DNA of 64,000 bases, taken from contig OZ024740.1 of the NCBI GenBank assembly GCA_964016885.1, positions 15,004,001 to 15,068,000 of the forward strand, written 5' to 3'. This DNA comes from Eledone cirrhosa. Taxonomy: Eukaryota. A program made the position numbers and the translations under genes. Below the pieces are notes generated by a model. The model ran no database searches. It saw only the letters and a program-made list of their open reading frames with translations, and was not told the DNA's origin. Below are positions 30,065-45,500 of this stretch, piece after piece (the stretch's first letter is position 1; the number at the start of each line of letters is the position of its first letter).

Positions 30065-33000
30065 AAACACCTTCATGGTTATATTTCCAACTAAACAGAG
30101 GTGTGAAATATAGGATGTTTTAAACACCTTCATGGTTATATTTCCCACTAAACAGAGGTGTGAAATGTAGGATGTTTTAAAAACCTTCATGGTTATATTT
30201 CCCACTAAACAGAGGTGTGAAATATAGGATGTTTTAAACACCTTCATGGTTATATTTCCCACTAAACAGAGGTGTGAAATATAGGATGTTTTAAACCCCT
30301 TCATGGTTATATTTCCCACTAAACAGAGGTGTGCAATATAGGATGTTTTAAACACCTTCATGATTATATTTCCCACTAAACAGAGGTGTGAAATATAGGA
30401 TGTTGTAAACACCTTCATGGTTATATTTCCCACTACACAGAGGTGTGAAATATAGGGTGTTGTAAACACCTTCATGATTATATTTCCCATTAAACAGAGG
30501 TGTGAAATATAGAAAGTTTTAAATACGTTCATGGTTATATTTCCCAATAAACAGAGGTGTGAAATATAGGATGTTTCAAACACCTTCATGGTTATATTTC
30601 CCACTAAACAGAGGTGTGAAATATAGGATGTTTTAAACACCTTCATGGTTATATTTCCCACTAAACAGAGGTGTGAAATATAGGATGTTTTAAACACCTT
30701 CATGGTTATATTTCCCACTAAACAGAGCTGTGAAATATAGGATGTTTTAAACACCTTCATGATTATATTTCCCACTAAACAGTGGTGTGAAATATAGGAT
30801 GTTGTAAACACCTTCATGGTTATATTTCCCACTAAACAGAGGTGTGAAATATAGGATGTTTTAACACATTCATGGTTATATTTCCCACTAAACAGAGGTG
30901 TGAAATATAGGATGTTTTAAACACCTTCATGGTTATATTTCCCACTAAACAGAGGTGTGCAATATAGGATGTTTTAAACACCTTCATGGTTATATTTCCC
31001 ACTAAACAGAGGTGTGAAATATAGGATGTTTTAACACCTTCATGGTTATATTTCCCACTAAACAGAGGTGTGAAATATAGGATGTTTTAAACACCTTCAT
31101 GGTTATATTTCCCACTAAACAGAGGTGTGAAATATAGGATGTTTTAAAAACCTTCATGGTTATATTTCCCACTAAACAGAGGTGTGAAATATAGGATGTT
31201 TTAAACACCTTCATGGTTATATTTCCCACTAAACAGAGGTGTGAAATATAGGATGTTTTAAACCCCTTCATGGTTATATTTCCCACTAAACAGAGGTGTG
31301 CAATATAGGATGTTTTAAACACCTTCATGATTATATTTCCCACTAAACAGAGGTGTGAAATATAGGATGGTGTAAACACCTTCATGGTTATATTTTCCAC
31401 TACACAGAGGTGTGAAATATAGGGTGATGTAAACACCTTCATGCTTATATTTCCCATTAAACAGAGGTGTGAAATATAGAATGTTTTAAATACCTTCATG
31501 GTTATATTTCCCAATAAACAGAGGTGTGAAATATAGGATGTTTCAAACACCTTCATGGTTATATTTCCCACTAAACAGAGGTGTGAAATATAGGATGTTT
31601 TAAACACCTTCATGGTTATATTTCCGACTAAACAGATGTGTGCAATATAGGATGTTTTAAACACCTTCATTGTTATATTTCCCACTAAACAGAGGTGTGA
31701 AATATAGGATGTTTTAACACCTTCATGGTTATATTTCACACTAAACAGAGGTGTGAAATATAGGATGTTTTAAACACCTTCATGGTTATATTCCCACTAA
31801 ACAGAGGTGTGAAATATAGGATGTTTTAAAAACCCTCATGGTTATATTTCCCACTAAACAGAGGTGTGAAATATAGGATGTTTTAAACACCTTCATGGTT
31901 ATATTTCCCACTAAACAGAGGTGAGAAATATAGGATGTTTTAAACCCCTTCATGGTTACATTTCCCACTAAACGGAGGTGTGAAATATAGAATGTTTTAA
32001 ATACATTCATGGTTATATTTCCCACTAAACAGAGGTGTGAAATATAGGATGTTTTAAACACCTTCATGGTTATATTTCCCACTACACAGAGGTGTGAAAT
32101 ATAGGGTGTTGTAAACACCTTCATGATTATATTTTGAACTAAACAGAGGTGTGAAATATAGGATGTTTTAAACACCTTCATGGTTATATTTCCCACTAAA
32201 CAGAAGTGTGAAATATAGGATGTTTTAAACACCTTCATGGTTATATTTCCCACTAAACAGAGGTGTGCAATATAGGATGTTTTAAACACCTTCATGATTA
32301 TATTTCCCACTAAACAGAGGTGTGAAATATAGGATGTTGTAAACACCTTCATAGATATATTTCCCACTACACAGAGGTGTGAAATATAGGGTGTTGTAAA
32401 CACCTTCATGATTATATTTCACACTAAACGGAGGTGTGAAATATAGAATGTTTTAAATACATTCATGGTTATATTTCCCAATAAACAGAGGTGTGAAATA
32501 TAGGATGTTTTAAACACCTTCATGGCTATATTTCCCACTAAACAGAGGTGAGGAATATAGAATGTTTTAAACCCCTTCATGGTTATATTTCACACTAAAC
32601 AGAGGTGTGGAATATAGGATGCTTTAAACACCTTCATGGTTATATTTCCCACTAATCAGAGGTGTGAAATATAGGATGCTTTAAACACCTTCATGGTATA
32701 TTTCCCACTAAACAGAGGTGTGAATTATAGGATATTTTAAACACCTTCATTGTTATATTTCCCACTAAACAGAGGTGTGAAATATAGGATGTTTTAACAC
32801 CTTCATGATTATATTTCCCACTAAACAGAGGTGTGAAATATAGGATGTTTTAAACACCTTCATGGTTATATTTCCCACTAAACAGAGGTGTGAAATATAG
32901 GATGTTTTAAAAACCTTCATGGTTATATTTCCCACTAAACAGAGGTGTGAAATATAGGTTGTTTTAAACACCTTCATGGTTATATTTCCCACTAAACAGA

Positions 33001-36000
33001 GGTGTGAAACATAGGATGTTTTAAACCCCTTCATGGTTATATTTCCCACTAAACAGAGGTGTGCAATATAGGATGTTTTAAACACCTTCATGATTATATT
33101 TCCCACTAAACAGAGGTGTGAAATATAGGATGGTGTAAACACCTTCATGGTTATATTTCCCACTACACAGAGGTGTGAAATATAGGGTGATGTAAACACC
33201 TTCATGCTTATATTTCCCACTAAACAGAGGTGTGAAATATAGGATGTTGTAAACAACTTCATAGTTATATTTCCCACTACACAGAGGTGTGAAATATAGG
33301 GTGTTGTAAACACCTTCATGATTATATTTCCCACTAAACAGAGGTGTGAAATATAGAATGTTTTAAATACATTCATCGTTATATTTCCCAATAAACAGAG
33401 GTGTGAAATATAGGATGTTTTAAACACCCTCATGGTTATATTTCCCACTAAACAGAGGTGTGAAATATAGGATGTTTTAAACACCTTCATGGCTATATTT
33501 CCCACTAAACAGAGGTGAGGAATATAGGATGTTTTAAACCCCTTCATGGTTATATTTCACACTAAACAGAGGTGTGGAATATGGGATGCTTTATACACCT
33601 TCATGGTTATATTTCCCACTAAACAGAGGTGTGAAATATAGGATGCTTTAAACACCTTCATGGTTATATTTCCAACTAAACAGAGGTGTGAAATATAGGA
33701 TGTTTTAAACACCTTCATGGTTATATTTCCCACTAAACAGAGGTGTGAAATGTAGGATGTTTTAAAAATCTTCATGGTTATATTTCCCACTAAACAGAGG
33801 TGTGAAATATAGGATGTTTTAAACACCTTCATGGTTATATTTCCCATTAAACAGAGGTGTGAAATATAGAATGTTTTAAATACGTTCATGGTTATATTTC
33901 CCAATAAACAGAGGTGTGAAATATAGGATGTTTCAAACACCTTCATGGTTATATTTCCCACTAAACAGAGGTGTGAAATATAGGATGTTTTAAACACCTT
34001 CATGGTTATATTTCCCACTAAACAGAGGTGTGAAATATAGGATGTTTTAAACACCTTCATGGTTATATTTCCCACTAAACAGAGCTGTGAAATATAGGAT
34101 GTTTTAAACACCTTCATGATTATATTTCCCACTAAACAGTGGTGTGAAATATAGGATGTTGTAAACACCTTCATGGTTATATTTCCCACTAAACAGAGGT
34201 GTGAAATATAGGATGTTTTAACACATTCATGGTTATATTTCCCACTAAACAGAGGTGTGAAATATAGGATGTTTTAAACACCTTCATGGTTATATTTCCC
34301 ACTAAACAGAGGTGTGCAATATAGGATGTTTTAAACACCTTCATGGTTATATTTCCCACTAAACAGAGGTGTGAAATATAGGATGTTTTAACACCTTCAT
34401 GGTTATATTTCCCACTAAACAGAGGTGTGAAATATAGGATGTTTTAAACACCTTCATGGTTATATTTCCCACTAAACAGAGGTGTGAAATATAGGATGTT
34501 TTAAAAACCTTCATGGTTATATTTCCCACTAAACAGAGGTGTGAAATATAGGATGTTTTAAACACCTTCATGGTTATATTTCCCACTAAACAGAGGTGTG
34601 AAATATAGGATGTTTTAAACCCCTTCATGGTTATATTTCCCACTAAACAGAGGTGTGCAATATAGGATGTTTTAAACACTTTCATGATTATATTTCCCAC
34701 TAAACAGAGGTGTGAAATATAGGATGGTGTAAACACCTTCATGGTTATATTTTCCACTACACAGAGGTGTGAAATATAGGGTGATGTAAACACCTTCATG
34801 CTTATATTTCCCATTAAACAGAGGTGTGAAATATAGAATGTTTTAAATACCTTCATGGTTATATTTCCCAATAAACAGAGGTGTGAAATATAGGATGTTT
34901 CAAACACCTTCATGGTTATATTTCCCACTAAACAGAGGTGTGAAATATAGGATGTTTTAAACACCTTCATGGTTATATTTCCGACTAAACAGAGGTGTGC
35001 AATATAGGATGTTTTAAACACCTTCATTGTTATATTTCCCACTAAACAGAGGTGTGAAATATAGGATGTTTTAACACCTTCATGGTTATATTTCACACTA
35101 AACAGAGGTGTGAAATATAGGATGTTTTAAACACCTTCATGGTTATATTCCCACTAAACAGAGGTGTGAAATATAGGATGTTTTAAAAACCTTCATGGTT
35201 ATATTTCCCACTAAACAGAGGTGTGAAATATAGGATGTTTTAAACACCTTCATGGTTATATTCCCACTAAACAGAGGTGTGAAATATAGGATGTTTTAAA
35301 AACCTTCATGGTTATATTTCCCACTAAACAGAGGTGTGAAATATAGGATGTTTTAAACACCTTCATGGTTATATTTCCCACTAAACAGAGGTGTGAAATA
35401 TAGGATGTTTTAAACACCTTCATGGTTATATTTCCAACTAAACAGAGGTGTGAAATATAGGATGTTTTAAACACCTTCATGGTTATATTTCCCACTAAAC
35501 AGAGGTGTGAAATGTAGGATGTTTTAAAAACCTTCATGGTTATATTTCCCACTAAACAGAGGTGTGAAATATAGGATGTTTTAAACACCTTCATGGTTAT
35601 ATTTCCCACTAAACAGAGGTGTGAAATATAGGATGTTTTAAACCCCTTCATGGTTATATTTCCCACTAAACAGAGGTGTGCAATATAGGATGTTTTAAAC
35701 ACCTTCATGATTATATTTCCCACTAAACAGAGGTGTGAAATATAGGATGTTGTAAACACCTTCATGGTTATATTTCCCACTACACAGAGGTGTGAAATAT
35801 AGGGTGTTGTAAACACCTTCATGATTATATTTCCCATTAAACAGAGGTGTGAAATATAGAAAGTTTTAAATACGTTCATGGTTATATTTCCCAATAAACA
35901 GAGGTGTGAAATATAGGATGTTTCAAACACCTTCATGGTTATATTTCCCACTAAACAGAGGTGTGAAATATAGGATGTTTTAAACACCTTCATGGTTATA

Positions 36001-39000
36001 TTTCCCACTAAACAGAGGTGTGAAATATAGGATGTTTTAAACACCTTCATGGTTATATTTCCCACTAAACAGAGCTGTGAAATATAGGATGTTTTAAACA
36101 CCTTCATGATTATATTTCCCACTAAACAGTGGTGTGAAATATAGGATGTTGTAAACACCTTCATGGTTATATTTCCCACTAAACAGAGGTGTGAAATATA
36201 GGATGTTTTAACACATTCATGGTTATATTTCCCACTAAACAGAGGTGTGAAATATAGGATGTTTTAAACACCTTCATGGTTATATTTCCCACTAAACAGA
36301 GGTGTGCAATATAGGATGTTTTAAACACCTTCATGGTTATATTTCCCACTAAACAGAGGTGTGAAATATAGGATGTTTTAACACCTTCATGGTTATATTT
36401 CCCACTAAACAGAGGTGTGAAATATAGGATGTTTTAAACACCTTCATGGTTATATTTCCCACTAAACAGAGGTGTGAAATATAGGATGTTTTAAAAACCT
36501 TCATGGTTATATTTCCCACTAAACAGAGGTGTGAAATATAGGATGTTTTAAACACCTTCATGGTTATATTTCCCACTAAACAGAGGTGTGAAATATAGGA
36601 TGTTTTAAACCCCTTCATGGTTATATTTCCCACTAAACAGAGGTGTGCAATATAGGATGTTTTAAACACCTTCATGATTATATTTCCCACTAAACAGAGG
36701 TGTGAAATATAGGATGGTGTAAACACCTTCATGGTTATATTTTCCACTACACAGAGGTGTGAAATATAGGGTGATGTAAACACCTTCATGCTTATATTTC
36801 CCATTAAACAGAGGTGTGAAATATAGAATGTTTTAAATACCTTCATGGTTATATTTCCCAATAAACAGAGGTGTGAAATATAGGATGTTTCAAACACCTT
36901 CATGGTTATATTTCCCACTAAACAGAGGTGTGAAATATAGGATGTTTTAAACACCTTCATGGTTATATTTCCGACTAAACAGATGTGTGCAATATAGGAT
37001 GTTTTAAACACCTTCATTGTTATATTTCCCACTAAACAGAGGTGTGAAATATAGGATGTTTTAACACCTTCATGGTTATATTTCACACTAAACAGAGGTG
37101 TGAAATATAGGATGTTTTAAACACCTTCATGGTTATATTCCCACTAAACAGAGGTGTGAAATATAGGATGTTTTAAAAACCCTCATGGTTATATTTCCCA
37201 CTAAACAGAGGTGTGAAATATAGGATGTTTTAAACACCTTCATGGTTATATTTCCCACTAAACAGAGGTGAGAAATATAGGATGTTTTAAACCCCTTCAT
37301 GGTTACATTTCCCACTAAACGGAGGTGTGAAATATAGAATGTTTTAAATACATTCATGGTTATATTTCCCACTAAACAGAGGTGTGAAATATAGGATGTT
37401 TTAAACACCTTCATGGTTATATTTCCCACTACACAGAGGTGTGAAATATAGGGTGTTGTAAACACCTTCATGATTATATTTTGAACTAAACAGAGGTGTG
37501 AAATATAGGATGTTTTAAACACCTTCATGGTTATATTTCCCACTAAACAGAAGTGTGAAATATAGGATGTTTTAAACACCTTCATGGTTATATTTCCCAC
37601 TAAACAGAGGTGTGCAATATAGGATGTTTTAAACACCTTCATGATTATATTTCCCACTAAACAGAGGTGTGAAATATAGGATGTTGTAAACACCTTCATA
37701 GATATATTTCCCACTACACAGAGGTGTGAAATATAGGGTGTTGTAAACACCTTCATGATTATATTTCACACTAAACGGAGGTGTGAAATATAGAATGTTT
37801 TAAATACATTCATGGTTATATTTCCCAATAAACAGAGGTGTGAAATATAGGATGTTTTAAACACCTTCATGGCTATATTTCCCACTAAACAGAGGTGAGG
37901 AATATAGAATGTTTTAAACCCCTTCATGGTTATATTTCACACTAAACAGAGGTGTGGAATATAGGATGCTTTAAACACCTTCATGGTTATATTTCCCACT
38001 AATCAGAGGTGTGAAATATAGGATGCTTTAAACACCTTCATGGTATATTTCCCACTAAACAGAGGTGTGAATTATAGGATATTTTAAACACCTTCATTGT
38101 TATATTTCCCACTAAACAGAGGTGTGAAATATAGGATGTTTTAACACCTTCATGATTATATTTCCCACTAAACAGAGGTGTGAAATATAGGATGTTTTAA
38201 ACACCTTCATGGTTATATTTCCCACTAAACAGAGGTGTGAAATATAGGATGTTTTAAAAACCTTCATGGTTATATTTCCCACTAAACAGAGGTGTGAAAT
38301 ATAGGTTGTTTTAAACACCTTCATGGTTATATTTCCCACTAAACAGAGGTGTGAAACATAGGATGTTTTAAACCCCTTCATGGTTATATTTCCCACTAAA
38401 CAGAGGTGTGCAATATAGGATGTTTTAAACACCTTCATGATTATATTTCCCACTAAACAGAGGTGTGAAATATAGGATGGTGTAAACACCTTCATGGTTA
38501 TATTTCCCACTACACAGAGGTGTGAAATATAGGGTGATGTAAACACCTTCATGCTTATATTTCCCACTAAACAGAGGTGTGAAATATAGGATGTTGTAAA
38601 CAACTTCATAGTTATATTTCCCACTACACAGAGGTGTGAAATATAGGGTGTTGTAAACACCTTCATGATTATATTTCCCACTAAACAGAGGTGTGAAATA
38701 TAGAATGTTTTAAATACATTCATCGTTATATTTCCCAATAAACAGAGGTGTGAAATATAGGATGTTTTAAACACCCTCATGGTTATATTTCCCACTAAAC
38801 AGAGGTGTGAAATATAGGATGTTTTAAACACCTTCATGGCTATATTTCCCACTAAACAGAGGTGAGGAATATAGGATGTTTTAAACCCCTTCATGGTTAT
38901 ATTTCACACTAAACAGAGGTGTGGAATATGGGATGCTTTATACACCTTCATGGTTATATTTCCCACTAAACAGAGGTGTGAAATATAGGATGCTTTAAAC

Positions 39001-40602
39001 ACCTTCATGGTTATATTTCCAACTAAACAGAGGTGTGAAATATAGGATGTTTTAAACACCTTCATGGTTATATTTCCCACTAAACAGAGGTGTGAAATGT
39101 AGGATGTTTTAAAAATCTTCATGGTTATATTTCCCACTAAACAGAGGTGTGAAATATAGGATGTTTTAAACACCTTCATGGTTATATTTCCCATTAAACA
39201 GAGGTGTGAAATATAGAATGTTTTAAATACGTTCATGGTTATATTTCCCAATAAACAGAGGTGTGAAATATAGGATGTTTCAAACACCTTCATGGTTATA
39301 TTTCCCACTAAACAGAGGTGTGAAATATAGGATGTTTTAAACACCTTCATGGTTATATTTCCCACTAAACAGAGGTGTGAAATATAGGATGTTTTAAACA
39401 CCTTCATGGTTATATTTCCCACTAAACAGAGCTGTGAAATATAGGATGTTTTAAACACCTTCATGATTATATTTCCCACTAAACAGTGGTGTGAAATATA
39501 GGATGTTGTAAACACCTTCATGGTTATATTTCCCACTAAACAGAGGTGTGAAATATAGGATGTTTTAACACATTCATGGTTATATTTCCCACTAAACAGA
39601 GGTGTGAAATATAGGATGTTTTAAACACCTTCATGGTTATATTTCCCACTAAACAGAGGTGTGCAATATAGGATGTTTTAAACACCTTCATGGTTATATT
39701 TCCCACTAAACAGAGGTGTGAAATATAGGATGTTTTAACACCTTCATGGTTATATTTCCCACTAAACAGAGGTGTGAAATATAGGATGTTTTAAACACCT
39801 TCATGGTTATATTTCCCACTAAACAGAGGTGTGAAATATAGGATGTTTTAAAAACCTTCATGGTTATATTTCCCACTAAACAGAGGTGTGAAATATAGGA
39901 TGTTTTAAACACCTTCATGGTTATATTTCCCACTAAACAGAGGTGTGAAATATAGGATGTTTTAAACCCCTTCATGGTTATATTTCCCACTAAACAGAGG
40001 TGTGCAATATAGGATGTTTTAAACACTTTCATGATTATATTTCCCACTAAACAGAGGTGTGAAATATAGGATGGTGTAAACACCTTCATGGTTATATTTT
40101 CCACTACACAGAGGTGTGAAATATAGGGTGATGTAAACACCTTCATGCTTATATTTCCCATTAAACAGAGGTGTGAAATATAGAATGTTTTAAATACCTT
40201 CATGGTTATATTTCCCAATAAACAGAGGTGTGAAATATAGGATGTTTCAAACACCTTCATGGTTATATTTCCCACTAAACAGAGGTGTGAAATATAGGAT
40301 GTTTTAAACACCTTCATGGTTATATTTCCGACTAAACAGAGGTGTGCAATATAGGATGTTTTAAACACCTTCATTGTTATATTTCCCACTAAACAGAGGT
40401 GTGAAATATAGGATGTTTTAACACCTTCATGGTTATATTTCACACTAAACAGAGGTGTGAAATATAGGATGTTTTAAACACCTTCATGGTTATATTCCCA
40501 CTAAACAGAGGTGTGAAATATAGGATGTTTTAAAAACCTTCATGGTTATATTTCCCACTAAACAGAGGTGTGAAATATAGGATGTTTTAAACACCTTCAT
40601 GG
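30065..40602. repeat. Near-identical duplication, offset 5347 bp (94 monomers minus 11 bp): ~30065-35255 and ~35412-40602
   Basis: ORF offsets 31002/36349, 31786/37133, 32765/38112, 33557/38904 and 34359/39706 equal 5347 with identical translations. Private variants AGAAAGTTT, AAACCCTCAT, TTTTGAACT, GAATTATAG, TTTATACACC and AAAATCTTC are in both copies. Confidence 0.92.
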
Positions 40603-42519
40603 TTATATTTCCCACTAAACAGAGGTGTGAAATATAGGATGTTTTAAACCCCTTCATGGTTACATTTCCCACTAAACGGAGGTGTGAAATATAGAATGTT
40701 TTAAATACATTCATGGTTATATTTCCCAATAAACACAGGTGTGAAATATAGGATGTTTTAAACACCTTCATGGTTATATTTCCCACTACACAGTGGTGTG
40801 AAATATAGGGTGTTGTAAACACCTTCATGATTATATTTAGAACTAAACAGAGGTGTGAAATATAGGATGTTTTAAACACCTTCATGGTTATATTTCCCAC
40901 TAAACAGAAGTGTGAAATATAGGATGTTTTAAACACCTTCATGATTATATTTCCCACTAAACAGAGGTGTGAAATATAGGATGTTGTAAACACCTTCATA
41001 GATATATTTCCCACTACACAGAGGTGTGAAATATAGGGTGTTGTAAACACCTTCATGATTATATTTCACACTAAACGGAGGTGTGAAATATAGAATGTTT
41101 TAAATACATTCATGGTTATATTTCCCAATAAACAGAGGTGTGAAATATAGGATGTTTTAAACACCTTCATGGTTATATTTCCCACTAAACAGAGGTGTGA
41201 AATATAGGATGTTTTAAACACCTTCATGGCTATATTTCCCACTAAACAGAGGTGAGGAATATAGGATGTTTTAAACCCCTTCATGGTTATATTTCACACT
41301 AAACAGAGGTGTGGAATATAGGATGCTTTAAACACCTTCATGGTTATATTTCCCAATAATCAGAGGTGTGAAATATAGGATGCTTTAAACACCTTCATGG
41401 TATATTTCCCACTAAACAGAGGTGTGAAATATAGGATATTTTAAACACCTTCATTGTTATATTTCCCACTAAACAGAGGTGTGAAATATAGGATGTTTTA
41501 ACACCTTCATGATTATATTTCCCACTAAACAGAGGTGTGAAATATAGGATGTTTTAAACACCTTCATGGTTATATTTCCCACTAAACAGAGGTGTGAAAT
41601 ATAGGATGTTTTAAAAACCTTCATGGTTATATTTCCCACTAAACAGAGGTGTGAAATATAGGTTGTTTTAAACACCTTCATGGTTATATTTCCCACTAAA
41701 CAGAGGTGTGAAACATAGGATGTTTTAAACCCCTTCATGGTTATATTTCCCACTAAACAGAGGTGTGCAATATAGGATGTTTTAAACACCTTCATGATTA
41801 TATTTCCCACTAAACAGAGGTGTGAAATATAGGATGGTGTAAACACCTTCATGGTTATATTTCCCACTACACAGAGGTGTGAAATATAGGGTGATGTAAA
41901 CACCTTCATGCTTATATTTCCCACTAAACAGAGGTGTGAAATATAGGATGTTGTAAACAACTTCATAGTTATATTTCCCACTACACAGAGGTGTGAAATA
42001 TAGGGTGTTGTAAACACCTTCATGATTATATTTCCCACTAAACAGAGGTGTGAAATATAGAATGTTTTAAATACATTCATCGTTATATTTCCCAATAAAC
42101 AGAGGTGTGAAATATAGGATGTTTTAAACACCTTCATGGTTATATTTCCCACTAAACAGAGGTGTGAAATATAGGATGTTTTAAACACCTTCATGGCTAT
42201 ATTTCCCACTAAACAGAGGTGAGGAATATAGGATGTTTTAAACCCCTTCATGGTTATATTTCACACTAAACAGAGGTGTGGAATATGGGATGCTTTAAAC
42301 ACCTTCATGGTTATATTTCCCACTAAACAGAGGTGTGAAATATAGGATGCTTTAAACACCTTCATGGTTATATTTCCAACTAAACAGAGGTGTGAAATAT
42401 AGGATGTTTTAAACACCTTCATGGTTATATTTCCCACTAAACTGAGGTGTGAAATGTAGGATGTTTTAAAAACCTTCATGGTTATATTTCCCACTAAACA
42501 GAGGTGTGAAATATAGGAT

Positions 42520-45500
42520 GTTTTAAACACCTTCATGGTTATATTTCCCACTAAACAGAGGTGTGAAATATAGGATGTTTTAAACCCCTTTATGGTTATA
42601 TTTCCCACTAAACAGAGGTGTGCAATATAGGATGTTATAAACACCTTCATGATTATATTTCCCACTAAACAGAGGTGTGAAATATAGGATGTTGTAAACA
42701 CCTTCATGGTTATATTTCCCACTACACAGAGGTGTGAAATATAGGGTGTTGTAAACACCTTCATGATTATATTTCCCATTAAACAGAGGTGTGAAATATA
42801 GAATGTTTTAAATACGTTCATGGTTATATTTCCCAATAAACAGAGGTGTGAAATATAGGATGTTTCAAACACCTTCATGGTTATATTTCCCACTAAACAG
42901 AGGTGTGAAATATAGGATGTTTTAAACACCTTCATGGTTATATTTCCCACTAAACAGAGGTGTGAAATATAGGATGTTTTAAACACCTTCATGGTTATAT
43001 TTCCCACTAAACAGAGCTGTGAAATATAGGATGTTTTAAACACCTTCATGATTATATTTCCCACTAAACAGTGGTGTGAAATATAGGATGTTGTAAACAC
43101 CTTCATGGTTATATTTCCCACTAAACAGAGGTGTGAAATATAGGATGTTTTAACACATTCATGGTTATATTTCCCACTAAACAGAGGTGTGAAATATAGG
43201 ATGTTTTAAACACCTTCATGGTTATATTTCCCACTAAACAGAGGTGTGCAATATAGGATGTTTTAAACACCTTCATGGTTATATTTCCCACTAAACAGAG
43301 GTGTGAAATATAGGATGTTTTAACACCTTCATGGTTATATTTCCCACTAAACAGAGGTGTGAAATATAGGATGTTTTAAACACCTTCATGGTTATATTTC
43401 CCACTAAACAGAGGTGTGAAATATAGGATGTTTTAAAAACCTTCATGGTTATATTTCCCACTAAACAGAGGTGTGAAATATAGGATGTTTTAAACACCTT
43501 CATGGTTATATTTCCCACTAAACAGAGGTATGAAATATAGGATGTTTTAAACCCCTTCATGGTTATATTTCCCACTAAACAGAGGTGTGCAATATAGGAT
43601 GTTTTAAACACCTTCATGATTATATTTCCCACTAAACAGAGGTGTGAAATATAGGATGGTGTAAACACCTTCATGGTTATATTTTCCACTACACAGAGGT
43701 GTGAAATATAGGGTGATGTAAACACCTTCATGCTTATATTTCCCATTAAACAGAGGTGTGAAATATAGAATGTTTTAAATACCTTCATGGTTATATTTCC
43801 CAATAAACAGAGGTGTGAAATATAGGATGTTTCAAACACCTTCATGGTTATATTTCCCACTAAACAGAGGTGTGAAATATAGGATGTTTTAAACACCTTC
43901 ATGGTTATATTTCCGACTAAACAGAGGTGTGCAATATAGGATGTTTTAAACACCTTCATTGTTATATTTCCCACTAAACAGAGGTGTGAAATATAGGATG
44001 TTTTAACACCTTCATGGTTATATTTCACACTAAACAGAGGTGTGAAATATAGGATGTTTTAAACACCTTCATGGTTATATTCCCACTAAACAGAGGTGTG
44101 AAATATAGGATGTTTTAAACACCTTCATGATTATATTTCCCACTAAACAGAGGTGTGAAATATAGGATGTTGTAAACACCTTCATAGATATATTTCCCAC
44201 TACACAGAGGTGTGAAATATAAGGTGTTGTAAACACCTTCATGATTATATTTCACACTAAACGGAGGTGTGAAATATAGAATGTTTTAAATACATTCATG
44301 GTTATATTTCCCAATAAACAGAGGTGTGAAATATAGGATGTTTTAAACACCTTCATGGTTATATTTCCCACTAAACAGAGGTGTGAAATATAGGATGTTT
44401 TAAACACCTTCATGGCTATATTTCCCACTAAACAGAGGTGAGGAATATAGGATGTTTTAAACCCCTTCATGGTTATATTTCACACTAAACAGAGGTGTGG
44501 AATATAGGATGCTTTAAACACCTTCATGGTTATATTTCCCACTAATCAGAGGTGTGAAATATAGGATGCTTTAAACACCTTCATGGTATATTTCCCACTA
44601 AACAGAGGTGTGAAATATAGGATATTTTAAACACCTTCATTGTTATATTTCCCACTAAACAGAGGTGTGAAATATAGGATGTTTTAACACCTTCATGATT
44701 ATATTTCCCACTAAACAGAGGTGTGAAATATAGGATGTTTTAAACACCTTCATGGTTATATTTCCCACTAAACAGAGGTGTGAAATATAGGATGTTATAA
44801 AAACCTTCATGGTTATATTTCCCACTAAACAGAGGTGTGAAATATAGGTTGTTTTAAACACCTTCATGGTTATATTTCCCACTAAACAGAGGTGTGAAAC
44901 ATAGGATGTTTTAAACCCCTTCATGGTTATATTTCCCACTAAACAGAGGTGTGCAATATAGGATGTTTTAAACACCTTCATGATTATATTTCCCACTAAA
45001 CAGAGGTGTGAAATATAGGATGGTGTAAACACCTTCATGGTTATATTTCCCACTACACAGAGGTGTGAAATATAGGGTGATGTAAACACCTTCATGCTTA
45101 TATTTCCCACTAAACAGAGGTGTGAAATATAGAATGTTTTAAATACATTCATCGTTATATTTCCCAATAAACAGAGGTGTGAAATATAGGATGTTTTAAA
45201 CACCTTCATGGTTATATTTCCCACTAAACAGAGGTGTGAAATATAGGATGTTTTAAACACCTTCATGGCTATATTTCCCACTAAACAGAGGTGAGGAATA
45301 TAGGATGTTTTAAACCCCTTCATGGTTATATTTCACACTAAACAGAGGTGTGGAATATGGGATGCTTTAAACACCTTCATGGTTATATTTCCCACTAAAC
45401 AGAGGTGTGAAATATAGGATGCTTTAAACACCTTCATGGTTATATTTCCAACTAAACAGAGGTGTGAAATATAGGATGTTTTAAACACCTTCATGGTTAT

